Origin: an uncultured Flavobacteriales bacterium
GTDB taxonomy: Bacteria > Bacteroidota > Bacteroidia > Flavobacteriales_D > JABDKJ01
Direction: 5' to 3'
Length of the DNA stretch: 64,000 nt
Assembly: GCA_964429805.1 (NCBI GenBank)
Contig: CAYSDH010000001.1
Location: 10,456-74,455 of the forward strand
The number at the start of each line of letters is the position of its first letter. Position 1 is the first letter of the stretch. The notes beneath the pieces were generated by a model. It saw only the letters and a program-made list of their open reading frames with translations, ran no database searches and had not been told where the DNA came from. Of this stretch, positions 18,560-27,350 are shown piece by piece. Both the position numbers and the translations under genes were made by a program.

Positions 18560-21547
18560 CTATAACAGGGGTATTTCAAATTTTTTATCCGACATTTCTT
18601 TCAGTTCTGACAGGGGCATAAGCGGTATATAAATCTCCACCACGGTTCCTTTCACCTGCCCGTCTTCCTCTATTTGAACGGGGCCTTTGATTTCAAATTG
18701 CGCACTGGTCATTTTCTTATACAGCTGTATGCGGTCATTGGTTATCTCCACACCGCGTGAAGTATGCCCATTGACTGATGCCCGCTTTACTTCTAGACTC
18801 TTCTCCACCCCTATTCCATCATCTTTAATGGTGATGTGGACTAGTCCACTTTCTTCTTTCACAGACACCAACAGGTGGCCTCGTTCTTCTTTGGGCAGAA
18901 TGCCGTGCCAGATACTGTTTTCTAAAAATGGCTGCAGCATCATGGCTGGTATCTGAACACTGCCGGCATTTAAGCCATTTTGCACTTCTATGTTGTAGTC
19001 AAAACGGTCTCTGAATCGCATGTGCTCTAGTCCGAGATAGAGGTCTAGGCGCTCTAACTCGTCTTTTAAACTCACCCAAGTACTAGAGGTGCTATCAAGG
19101 TTTTTTCGAATCAACTTGGCGAAGCTCGACAGGTATTTGTTGGCTGCTCGCTTATCTTCTCTGTTTATGTAGTACTGAATGGAGTTGAGTGCATTAAAGA
19201 TAAAGTGCCTATTCATACTTGAATTCAAGGATTGCTGCTCAAGCGCAAACATGCGCGTGCGTAAACTCAAGTCGCGATTTTCTTCTTTTCTGGCTTTTAC
19301 TTGAAGTCTCCATCTCCAAATCAAATAGATGAGACCTGCTAGTGCCAGCACTTCGAGTAAGATAAACCACCATGTCAGGTAAAAAGGTGGCAGAATGCTG
19401 AATGGCAATTCTACCACCTCAACTGATGCTTTTCCATCATCGTTAAATGACCTCACTCTAAACAGATAATCGCCTGGTGAGAGTGCTGAATAAGACACGG
19501 TGTTTATTCGAGATGGGGGAATCCAGTCGTCATCTACTCCTTCGAGGTAATAGGAATACTTAATGCGTTCAGGATTTTGAAAAGCAATGGAACCGAAATC
19601 AAAAGTCACGTGGTTTTCATCACTCTCAAAGCATAGTCCAAGAGGCAGTCCATTTCTGACATCCATACCCAGAGACTTGGCTCCCCAGTCGAAAGATTCG
19701 CCAAACAAGCGGATGTTTTTCATCTGTGGTTTTGGCACAGCCATGCTCACTTCACTGAGTAGTTTTGATTCTGAACACATAACTAAACCGTCATTGGTAC
19801 CAAACCATATTTCGCCATTATCTTTTTGAAATATGGCATTGAGGTTGCACTCCAAACTCGGCAGGCCGTTGGCCGTGTTGTAGTGATGAAAACGTACATG
19901 CTCATCTTCATAGGTCTCTAAATCCATGCGATAGAGACCAAAGTTTGTCCCTATTAAAAGCTGATTGCTTGCCGATATTTCTAAGAAATTAATGCCTTTG
20001 GTGTCCAGACCATCAGAAAATTTCATGGGCTTGACCTGACCTTCTTCCATCACGTTTAAGCCGTTGTTGGTGCCTAGCCAGAGTCGGCTCTCATCATCAC
20101 ACACCACTGAGTAGACCGTGTTATCTGATAAGCCATCATCTTCTGAATACTTTCTAAATCGGTCTCCATCATAGCTGTACAATCCGTTCTCTGCGCCAAA
20201 CCAGAGCTCACCTTTTTTTCCTTCACAGATAGACCTGATGCGTTTTCCTTCAAAGCCATCCGCCTCAGACAGGTTGACAAATTCTGCCCCATTAAAGACA
20301 CTCACCCCTTGACGGTGACCTACCCAAATGAGCCCGTTAGAGTCTTCATGCAAAGCCGTAATACGATTATTAGCCAGGCCAGAATGGGTATCATAATTTT
20401 GAACTTCTTCGCCTTCAATCACATACAAACCGACCGAGGTGCCTGCCCAAAGTTTGCCATCGCTTGCCTTCATCAGGCTCCACACGTCAGTCTCTTTGAC
20501 ACCCTCCACCTTTCCGGTACCGTTAATCGGATCATAGGCGTAAAGCCCTTTGTCAAATGTGCCCAGCAACATATACCCCTGCATACTGAGTAGTGAGAGT
20601 ACTTTATCACATTCCAATTCTTTGCCTTCTTTGAAGGTCTTGAAGGTATCTCCGGTAAAGCGAAATATGCCTTGACCATTGCTGGCCAGCCAGAGATTGC
20701 CCTCATCGTCTTGCATGACATCACGGATGTTATTATAGGGCAGCCCATTCTCTTCGGTGTAGTTTGTCACCTTACCATCTTTGAGTTGGCTGAGGCCTTG
20801 GCGTGTGGCTAGCCAACAGGACCCATCATCTGCTAAGTGAAAATTTCTAATGCGATCACTCAGCAATCCGTCTTCACGGGTGAATCGTGTCCACTTCTCA
20901 TCAATGATGAAAAATCCGCTACTCACCGTGCTCAAATAGATCCGACCATCTTTTATAGCCGCATCAGAAATGGTGACTCCATCAAGCACTTCGGCCACGA
21001 GTTCGTCATCTAAGAAAAAGCCTTTTTCTGAGGCCGAAAATGCATCAATCTCTGACGACAACCACCTCACGTAGTTTCCGCTTTGGCGATTAGACTCTGA
21101 GAATTTTCCCGATGGGATGTCGAAGTAGATGTATCCCGCTCCATCTGTGCCGAACCACATGCGCTGGTTATCCAGCCAATTCATAGTGATAACTTGATTG
21201 GCTGAGATTTCGGGCGGCAAGGAATACGACCTAAACTCTATCCCATTCCACACGCTAAATCCGCCTGGACAACCAAAGTAAAGCTCACCAGACTCAGACT
21301 CTGCGATGCACTTGATGTTATTGTCATAGAGTCCGTCTGCCTTTGAGAAATTGACAAACTCGCTGCCGTCAAATCGACTGAGCCCACTGACCGTCCCTAC
21401 CCACAAAAACCCTTTTCTGTCTTGGTGCAAGACCATGGCCTGCGACTGCGCCAGGCCTTCATCCACATTGTAGTTAATAAATGCAGACTGCTGAGCACTA
21501 AGCGTCTCAGCGAGCAAAAAGATGAATATGATTAGTCGTTTTATCAC
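18560..21547 (-). CDS. Sensor histidine kinase: periplasmic two-component-regulator propeller repeats + Y_Y_Y domain + TM + LytS/YehU-type kinase
   Basis: 995 aa. Signal/TM at the N-terminus. About 700 aa of recurring D..G.LW.GT..GL propeller motifs. Y_Y_Y-like segment (YSYYLEGVDDDW, GDYLFRVRS). TM helix WWFILLEVLALAGLIYLIW. His_kinase region (HFIFNALNSIQYYI) and HATPase motifs (ENSIWHG, DDGIGV). Confidence 0.9.
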   Translation of the reverse strand: MIKRLIIFIFLLAETLSAQQSAFINYNVDEGLAQSQAMVLHQDRKGFLWVGTVSGLSRFDGSEFVNFSKADGLYDNNIKCIAESESGELYFGCPGGFSVWNGIEFRSYSLPPEISANQVITMNWLDNQRMWFGTDGAGYIYFDIPSGKFSESNRQSGNYVRWLSSEIDAFSASEKGFFLDDELVAEVLDGVTISDAAIKDGRIYLSTVSSGFFIIDEKWTRFTREDGLLSDRIRNFHLADDGSCWLATRQGLSQLKDGKVTNYTEENGLPYNNIRDVMQDDEGNLWLASNGQGIFRFTGDTFKTFKEGKELECDKVLSLLSMQGYMLLGTFDKGLYAYDPINGTGKVEGVKETDVWSLMKASDGKLWAGTSVGLYVIEGEEVQNYDTHSGLANNRITALHEDSNGLIWVGHRQGVSVFNGAEFVNLSEADGFEGKRIRSICEGKKGELWFGAENGLYSYDGDRFRKYSEDDGLSDNTVYSVVCDDESRLWLGTNNGLNVMEEGQVKPMKFSDGLDTKGINFLEISASNQLLIGTNFGLYRMDLETYEDEHVRFHHYNTANGLPSLECNLNAIFQKDNGEIWFGTNDGLVMCSESKLLSEVSMAVPKPQMKNIRLFGESFDWGAKSLGMDVRNGLPLGLCFESDENHVTFDFGSIAFQNPERIKYSYYLEGVDDDWIPPSRINTVSYSALSPGDYLFRVRSFNDDGKASVEVVELPFSILPPFYLTWWFILLEVLALAGLIYLIWRWRLQVKARKEENRDLSLRTRMFALEQQSLNSSMNRHFIFNALNSIQYYINREDKRAANKYLSSFAKLIRKNLDSTSSTWVSLKDELERLDLYLGLEHMRFRDRFDYNIEVQNGLNAGSVQIPAMMLQPFLENSIWHGILPKEERGHLLVSVKEESGLVHITIKDDGIGVEKSLEVKRASVNGHTSRGVEITNDRIQLYKKMTSAQFEIKGPVQIEEDGQVKGTVVEIYIPLMPLSELKEMSDKKFEIPLL

Positions 21548-21551
21548 TGAA

Positions 21552-22304
21552 TCAGCCTCCTACTCTATTCATAAATTCTGAGAGCTTTCGTCTTGATATG
21601 GGGACGCGCGAGCCATTGCTCATCAGGGCCACATTCCCATCTGTGCGGGCAAACCCACGGAGGTGATAGATTAAGTTGACAATGTGCGACTTGTGCGTGC
21701 GAAAAAATATCTTTTCGTCTAAGCTCTGTTCGAACACTCGAATGTTCTTACTGCTCAAGAATTTTCGCTCGTCATTCATAAATATCTTAGTATAACTATC
21801 GCTGGCCTCAAGGTGCACAATGTCTGCGGAGTTGACCACCGCAAATCCATCTCTTGTGGGAATGGTCATTTTCTCAAGGTCCTTGTAGTTGGCCGCATTG
21901 AATATAACGTCTTCCAACGGTCCGCCCTCGACTTTTTGTCGCACCTGTTCTTTGAGTCGCTCAGCGCAAGCCTCTAGGTCGTCTATAGACACTGGTTTTT
22001 CGAGATAGTCTAAGGCTTGTTCTTTGATGGCCTGAAGGGCAAATTCGTTGTGCGCAGTGGTAAATACTAGCGCAAAGTCCTTGTTACTGAGTTTCTCCAA
22101 GACTTCAAAACCATCCATGTCAGGCATTTTAATGTCAAGAAAAAGAACGTCAGGCACCTCTTTTTTACATAGGGCGATGGCTTCTGCGCCATTAGAGGCG
22201 GTGGCCACTACTTCTATGTCGGGACAATATTCTTCTAGAAGATACTGAAGGTTGAGTCGGGCGTTTTCTTCGTCATCAACGATATATGCTTTGAGTTTTT
22301 CCAT
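21552..22304 (-). CDS. LytTR-family response regulator
   Basis: REC domain (YIVDDEE, phospho-acceptor in VLFLDIKMPDMDG) plus C-terminal LytTR domain (FFRTHKSHIVNL). 4-nt gap to the kinase. Confidence 0.92.
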   Translation of the reverse strand: MEKLKAYIVDDEENARLNLQYLLEEYCPDIEVVATASNGAEAIALCKKEVPDVLFLDIKMPDMDGFEVLEKLSNKDFALVFTTAHNEFALQAIKEQALDYLEKPVSIDDLEACAERLKEQVRQKVEGGPLEDVIFNAANYKDLEKMTIPTRDGFAVVNSADIVHLEASDSYTKIFMNDERKFLSSKNIRVFEQSLDEKIFFRTHKSHIVNLIYHLRGFARTDGNVALMSNGSRVPISRRKLSEFMNRVGG

Positions 22305-22413
22305 GACATTGTGATTTACCTGATTACACGTTGAATGTCATCAAAACAGTATGTCAATGCTGCGTGTTCGAGTGAACGGTATCGCTCATTGACTGAACGA
22401 CATGCATTTGTCA

Positions 22414-23178
22414 TTAAAGGGAGCGGACCCGCGCCAAAAATCCAGATAGTTTAAGCCTTGAAATCGGAATTTTCGCTCGATTGGCAAGCACTGCGAAGTT
22501 TCCATCTTCTCTAGAGTACTCCTTTAGCTCCTTTATGTTGATGATATAGCTTTTGTGCACGCGTATGAAGAAGTCTTTGAGGAGAGCGTCTTCATACACT
22601 TTCAATGTTCGCGTATCCAAGTATTCACTGCCGTCTTTGAAATACAAGCGCGTGCAGTTTCCATCTGCTTGTAGATAGCATATATCCATCTGCTTGACCA
22701 CTTTTACACCAGTGGCGTGATTAATCGTAATTCTGGCCTCTTCTTTTCCTGATAAGTCGGCCAGGGATTTGAGCCTGATGCGATACTCCTGCGCTTTTTC
22801 TGGCGAGTTTCTAACCACTTTTAGCGTCTGCTCTACCTTCTCCACCGCATCTGTGAGGTCTGTAATATCTATGGGTTTGAGGATGTAGTCTACCGCATTG
22901 ACCTTAAAGGCATCAATGGCATAATCTTTAAACGCGGTAACAAATACGACCAAAAAATCTGGCTTCTCTATACGATTGAGAAGATCAAACCCTTCTGCCC
23001 CTGAAGGCATTCTGATGTCTAAAAACACAATGTCGGGTTTCAGTTCGTTGAGCACTTTCTCTCCAGTGTCAATGCCATTGGCCATTCCCACGACTTCAAC
23101 CTTTGGACAGTACTCTTGCAATAACATACGCATGTTATCGCGCGCTAAATCTTCGTCATCTATTATTACTGCCCTCAT
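22414..23178 (-). CDS. LytTR-family response regulator (second, paralogous)
   Basis: REC domain (VIIDDED, IVFLDIRMP) plus LytTR domain (FIRVHKSYIINI). 109 nt upstream of the first regulator. Confidence 0.92.
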   Translation of the reverse strand: MRAVIIDDEDLARDNMRMLLQEYCPKVEVVGMANGIDTGEKVLNELKPDIVFLDIRMPSGAEGFDLLNRIEKPDFLVVFVTAFKDYAIDAFKVNAVDYILKPIDITDLTDAVEKVEQTLKVVRNSPEKAQEYRIRLKSLADLSGKEEARITINHATGVKVVKQMDICYLQADGNCTRLYFKDGSEYLDTRTLKVYEDALLKDFFIRVHKSYIINIKELKEYSREDGNFAVLANRAKIPISRLKLSGFLARVRSL

Positions 23179-23458
23179 TCTGTGACGAAGATAAGTGGAC
23201 TTATTTGATTCAAAATTTACTCGCGCTGGCTAGGCCAAGTCATCAGCGCACCGTTACTCGTTTAAATTATACCGCTTCCTGCTTAGACCAGTTTAATAGA
23301 GGGTTTCAAGTATACATTTAAGTCAGAATCAAAATACACAACCCTATGAAAAATACTGTACCTAACAGAAGAACTTACTGGGTGTTTAAATAAGAACACC
23401 CCTTAAAGTCTGAATCCCTACAAATCAGACTTTAAATTCTGTGTTGTTTTAGTTGTTT

Positions 23459-23497
23459 ATCCCCATCATCTTCTTCCGGTGATGGGGATTTCTTTAT
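23459..23497 (+). terminator. Intrinsic-terminator-like hairpin in the leader of the M43 protease gene
   Basis: Perfect 10-bp stem ATCCCCATCA / TGATGGGGAT (23459-23468 and 23480-23489), 11-nt loop, followed by TTCTTTAT. Lies about 60 nt upstream of the inferred coding start. Confidence 0.5.
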
Positions 23498-23558
23498 CTC
23501 GATAAGTTCCTGAATATTTTCTACCTTGAGGTTTCCTAGAAAATAATTAGAAGCCAAA

Positions 23559-26500
23559 ATTAAAAACCGAATCATTAACACACTCATTCTTCTCTCTTTA
23601 TTCATCAACGTTAAAAGTCAAGAAGGACCATGCATATTAGATTTTGAGTTTCCAGCATTTCAAATCTCAAGTGCTACTCAAGAGACTCCTTATTTTGATG
23701 CGGAACAAAACTCTCCTCCTGACCCAACGTACGGGTCAGATGTACATTATTGGTTGTATTTTATTGTATTGCGAGATGACTCTGGCAGTTACGCCAACTT
23801 TGAACTTACCGAGCAGGACACCGATTCGATTTTGGCTTATGTCAATCAGCAGTTTGAAGAATATGGTATGATTTTCCACAAAAAATACTGTAATCTGTAT
23901 TGGCATGATTCCGAAACATACAATCAACCCTTAGGAGGGTCTAACTGGAACGACTCTTCCAATAGCCCATTTGACCTAGATCCTTCAGCAGGATTAGATG
24001 TAAATTATGATGTCAACGGAAGTGGACTTAATTCGATTCGAATTTTTCTAAACGACCAAGATGTCGGGGGAAGTGCAGGCATAGCTTGTTTCAATAGGCA
24101 GCGAACCCTCATAAAGGCTGGAAGCAACTCGATTAATGGTGGTGAAGATCCGAATTGGTTGAACTCGATTATTATTCACGAGATTGGACATGTATTACAA
24201 CTGTATCATACGCATGAATCTTCGCCTCATGTTTGTTCAGAGCAGCTTTTGATTGACAACCTGGACTATGCAGAGAAAGTAAGTGATTTTAATCAGCCGA
24301 GCGGATATCTAAATGGTGACAAAGTAATAGATACACCTGCAGACCCTGGACTCAGAGAACAAGACACTTGTTTCAATCAAAATGTGAATATATCTACTGC
24401 ACCAGGCTGTGTGTACTCCACAAATAATCCTGTTTTAGATTCAGATGGTGCTCCGTACAACCCTCTACCCAGTAATTTTATGGGTTATGCTGACCCTTGT
24501 CGAAGTGCATTTACTCCCGGGCAGGTTAGAATAATGAAAGGGTCTTATGAACTTGGAATTGTGGCTGGACCATCTGCTCCAGTTAAACTCTTAGAGGTCG
24601 CAGCTGGAGAAGACTTTGTGTTATCTGATGTCAATTGGACCTACCTCGATGAAGAAGATTTGGTAATAAGAAGTGGTGGAAAACTGCAAATCACCTCAGG
24701 AGCACTTGAGTTTTCAGCAAATGGGAAAATTGTGATTGAGAAAGGAGGAGAACTCATTCTCGGTCCTGATGATTACTCCGACCCAACCCAAAAAGTAACG
24801 CTTGGCATTGGTGGTTGTGATACAAACTCGGATCTGTGGTCAGGGATTTGCGTAGAAGGAGATGACGACTATTCACAACCCTATACACCTGGCTATGGAA
24901 AGCTCACAATTACGAGGGCCGAAATATCTGGTGCCGCTGTCGCCATAAGAAATTATCTGCTGGATGACACTGGAGACCCTATTTTTGAATCTGCCGGAGG
25001 AATAGTCAACATTAGCAGCACACAATTTGGCAGTGACGGCATCTCCCCAGGGGGTAATGTTATGGATGTCCATTTCTTACCTTACTTGGCATATCCTATT
25101 TCTACTATACCTGGATTTGGGCCGAGTCAGCAAAATGTGTTCTATAATTGTGCGTTTTTAATAGATGAATTGTCTTCGAGCAATCTTGACCTTAACACGC
25201 TGCAAAGTCGACTTCATATTGTTGGTAACCCTGGCGTCCGATTCACAGACTGTCAGTTTATTGATAGTAGAGATTTGATTATTTTTTATCCATTTCCACT
25301 TTCAGATAAACCGACTGCCATCTGGTCTGTAAACAGCAATATGGTAATCAATAGTTGCTTGAGCGATTGCCAACCGAAACCCTCAGATTTTGTGATGGAT
25401 GGATCGCTCATTCGTGGATTCAACTATGGTATACTCCAATGGTCCTATCTGGATAATACCTACACCACAATGGAAGATGTGACCTTTTCAAATAATCTGC
25501 ATGGAGTTGAGACTTATGGGATTCGAAATTTCACATTTAAAGACAACGAAATAGACATACCGACTTTGAGTCCACTGGAAATTAGACTCGACACTATGGG
25601 GATAGATACTACGTATATTGAAAGAGATGCTTACGGACTCTTTTTGGGTTACTCATCTGGATACGAAGTGACGGGCAATAGTTTTAATACGAATGTAGAT
25701 CCGAGTCTACCTCCAGACAGTGTCTCTCCCACCTCGGGCATCATCATCGCCAATGACTATCAACCAGTGGCCAGCCAAATCTATTACAACAGCTTCAATG
25801 ACCTGCAGCACGGCACACTTATAATGGGGAAAAACCGAGACCAAGACCTTGGTAGTGGAACCTACGGCATTGGCTTTGAGGCCCTCTGTGGCACCTACAC
25901 TAAGTCTGCGAGCAACCAACTCACCACCTACGACATTGCGCTGACCAATCATGGCACGGCTGCCATCAATCAAGGACTCGCTTGGGACCCAGTTTTCGAA
26001 GATCCTGAATCGGCAGCAGGGAATCGCTTTTCTGCTTTAGGCTCACCTTGCACTGGCAATGAAGCATCTCTGTGGGTCAATGATGAGTGGGTCACTACGC
26101 CTGAAGATCAGACCAATGCTTTTTTCAATTATCATCACCATTCCAATTTAAGTCAATCGCCTCAGGACGGATGTTTTACAGAACTATATGTCAATCCACT
26201 CTCGTCCCTAACACTTCAGAATTTTGATGATATCTGTCCGGCCCCTGTGCAGCTCTCAGGGGAGGATTGGGAAGTTGAAGCAGAAGATAGTCGAACCGAG
26301 CGAGAGGAATTGAATGACACGGCCGAAGGACTCATTGATGGAGGTGACACAGAGGCCTTGGTCCAGTTGGTCACTGCGCATAACTCCTCAACTCACAGCT
26401 TGCGGGCATCATTGTTGAATGCCTCTCCTTACCTATCTGATGAGGTACTTGCCTCGACAATTGAGCATGGTGCCCAATTGAATTCTTGGCATTTTACCGA

Positions 26501-27350
26501 AGTGATGCTGGCCAACTCCCCATTGAGTGAGGCCATCTTGACTCAAGTCGATCAAGAGGCGGCTTATATGCCCGACTTTCTATTCAATTTCTTGCTGGCC
26601 CATCAGAGCGAGGGTCTTTCGCCCAGAGGAAATCTCGAAGCCCAGCTCTATGGGGTGTCGCGCAGAGAGCAAGAGGCCGAGCAGGCCTATAGTCGCAGGC
26701 ACCTCTTGGAGGTTGGCTCAGCAGCCTATCAAGACATCTTAGACTTTTATGAATTGGAGCAAGACAATGAATCCATTCGACAAAGAGTCACCGCGTACAT
26801 GGGGCAAGGCAAGTATAACGATGCGCGCAGTGCCCTGTCACTCTACCAAGAAAATGGCTTAGACGAGTATTCTTTGGTCGAGAGCATCATTATCGACATT
26901 CAAGAGTTTGGTTCCTCGCAGGCTGCAGGCGACCTCGGCACTTTACAATCCATCGCCCAATCGGGCACACAAGCCTCCATGAAGGCTCAGCTACTGCTGT
27001 GGGAACTTACAGGGCAAAAGGTATCGCCTTTGCCTATTGAGTATCCTATGCCTTCATTCAAATCCTTGGGAGTCGAGAAAATATCATATAGGAAAGTGGA
27101 TCCAACAGATCTACTTGCCGTACTCCCCAATCCCAGCGAGGGGCTTTTTCAGCTTGTACCTAGTCCAGATCTTTTGGCGCTTCCTTCGATCACGGTTGAA
27201 ATCATCGATATCAATGGAAAGCAGACCGATCAGTTTCAACTATCGAGCACTTTCGATATCGACTTGCGCACTCAGGCAAATGGAATCTATGTACTGCGAC
27301 TGACGCTAGACAATATCTCTCTCGGTCAAGTGAAACTAGTGAAACAATGA
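23559..27350 (+). CDS. Secreted multidomain M43-like zinc metallopeptidase with parallel beta-helix region and T9SS type A C-terminal sorting domain
   Basis: The canonical-start ORF begins at TTG 23754, inside HYWLYFIVLRDD. The same frame is open back to the stop at 23544-23546 and encodes KNRIINTLILLSLFINVKSQ (Sec signal-like), so the start was set at ATT 23559 and is tentative. Zn motif HEIGHVLQLYHTH. Beta-helix-type turns (FYNCAF, FTDCQF, VTFSNN, FKDNEI, VTGNSFN, YYNSFND). Helical region. C-terminal sorting domain (LPNPSEGLFQL...GIYVLRL...VKLVKQ). Confidence 0.8.
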   Translation: MKNRIINTLILLSLFINVKSQEGPCILDFEFPAFQISSATQETPYFDAEQNSPPDPTYGSDVHYWLYFIVLRDDSGSYANFELTEQDTDSILAYVNQQFEEYGMIFHKKYCNLYWHDSETYNQPLGGSNWNDSSNSPFDLDPSAGLDVNYDVNGSGLNSIRIFLNDQDVGGSAGIACFNRQRTLIKAGSNSINGGEDPNWLNSIIIHEIGHVLQLYHTHESSPHVCSEQLLIDNLDYAEKVSDFNQPSGYLNGDKVIDTPADPGLREQDTCFNQNVNISTAPGCVYSTNNPVLDSDGAPYNPLPSNFMGYADPCRSAFTPGQVRIMKGSYELGIVAGPSAPVKLLEVAAGEDFVLSDVNWTYLDEEDLVIRSGGKLQITSGALEFSANGKIVIEKGGELILGPDDYSDPTQKVTLGIGGCDTNSDLWSGICVEGDDDYSQPYTPGYGKLTITRAEISGAAVAIRNYLLDDTGDPIFESAGGIVNISSTQFGSDGISPGGNVMDVHFLPYLAYPISTIPGFGPSQQNVFYNCAFLIDELSSSNLDLNTLQSRLHIVGNPGVRFTDCQFIDSRDLIIFYPFPLSDKPTAIWSVNSNMVINSCLSDCQPKPSDFVMDGSLIRGFNYGILQWSYLDNTYTTMEDVTFSNNLHGVETYGIRNFTFKDNEIDIPTLSPLEIRLDTMGIDTTYIERDAYGLFLGYSSGYEVTGNSFNTNVDPSLPPDSVSPTSGIIIANDYQPVASQIYYNSFNDLQHGTLIMGKNRDQDLGSGTYGIGFEALCGTYTKSASNQLTTYDIALTNHGTAAINQGLAWDPVFEDPESAAGNRFSALGSPCTGNEASLWVNDEWVTTPEDQTNAFFNYHHHSNLSQSPQDGCFTELYVNPLSSLTLQNFDDICPAPVQLSGEDWEVEAEDSRTEREELNDTAEGLIDGGDTEALVQLVTAHNSSTHSLRASLLNASPYLSDEVLASTIEHGAQLNSWHFTEVMLANSPLSEAILTQVDQEAAYMPDFLFNFLLAHQSEGLSPRGNLEAQLYGVSRREQEAEQAYSRRHLLEVGSAAYQDILDFYELEQDNESIRQRVTAYMGQGKYNDARSALSLYQENGLDEYSLVESIIIDIQEFGSSQAAGDLGTLQSIAQSGTQASMKAQLLLWELTGQKVSPLPIEYPMPSFKSLGVEKISYRKVDPTDLLAVLPNPSEGLFQLVPSPDLLALPSITVEIIDINGKQTDQFQLSSTFDIDLRTQANGIYVLRLTLDNISLGQVKLVKQ

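Noticed and set aside
18129-18632. 167-aa Ser-rich ORF on the + strand, antisense to the acidic lipoprotein gene
   Set aside because: It is the mirror translation of the GA-rich acidic repeat. It has no signal peptide or motifs, and it runs into the 3' end of the kinase gene. The minus-strand ORF has a clean lipobox and fits the operon spacing.
23103-23321. 72-aa + strand ORF at the start of the large spacer
   Set aside because: It overlaps the 5' end of the LytTR regulator gene on the other strand, and has no motifs and no plausible signal.
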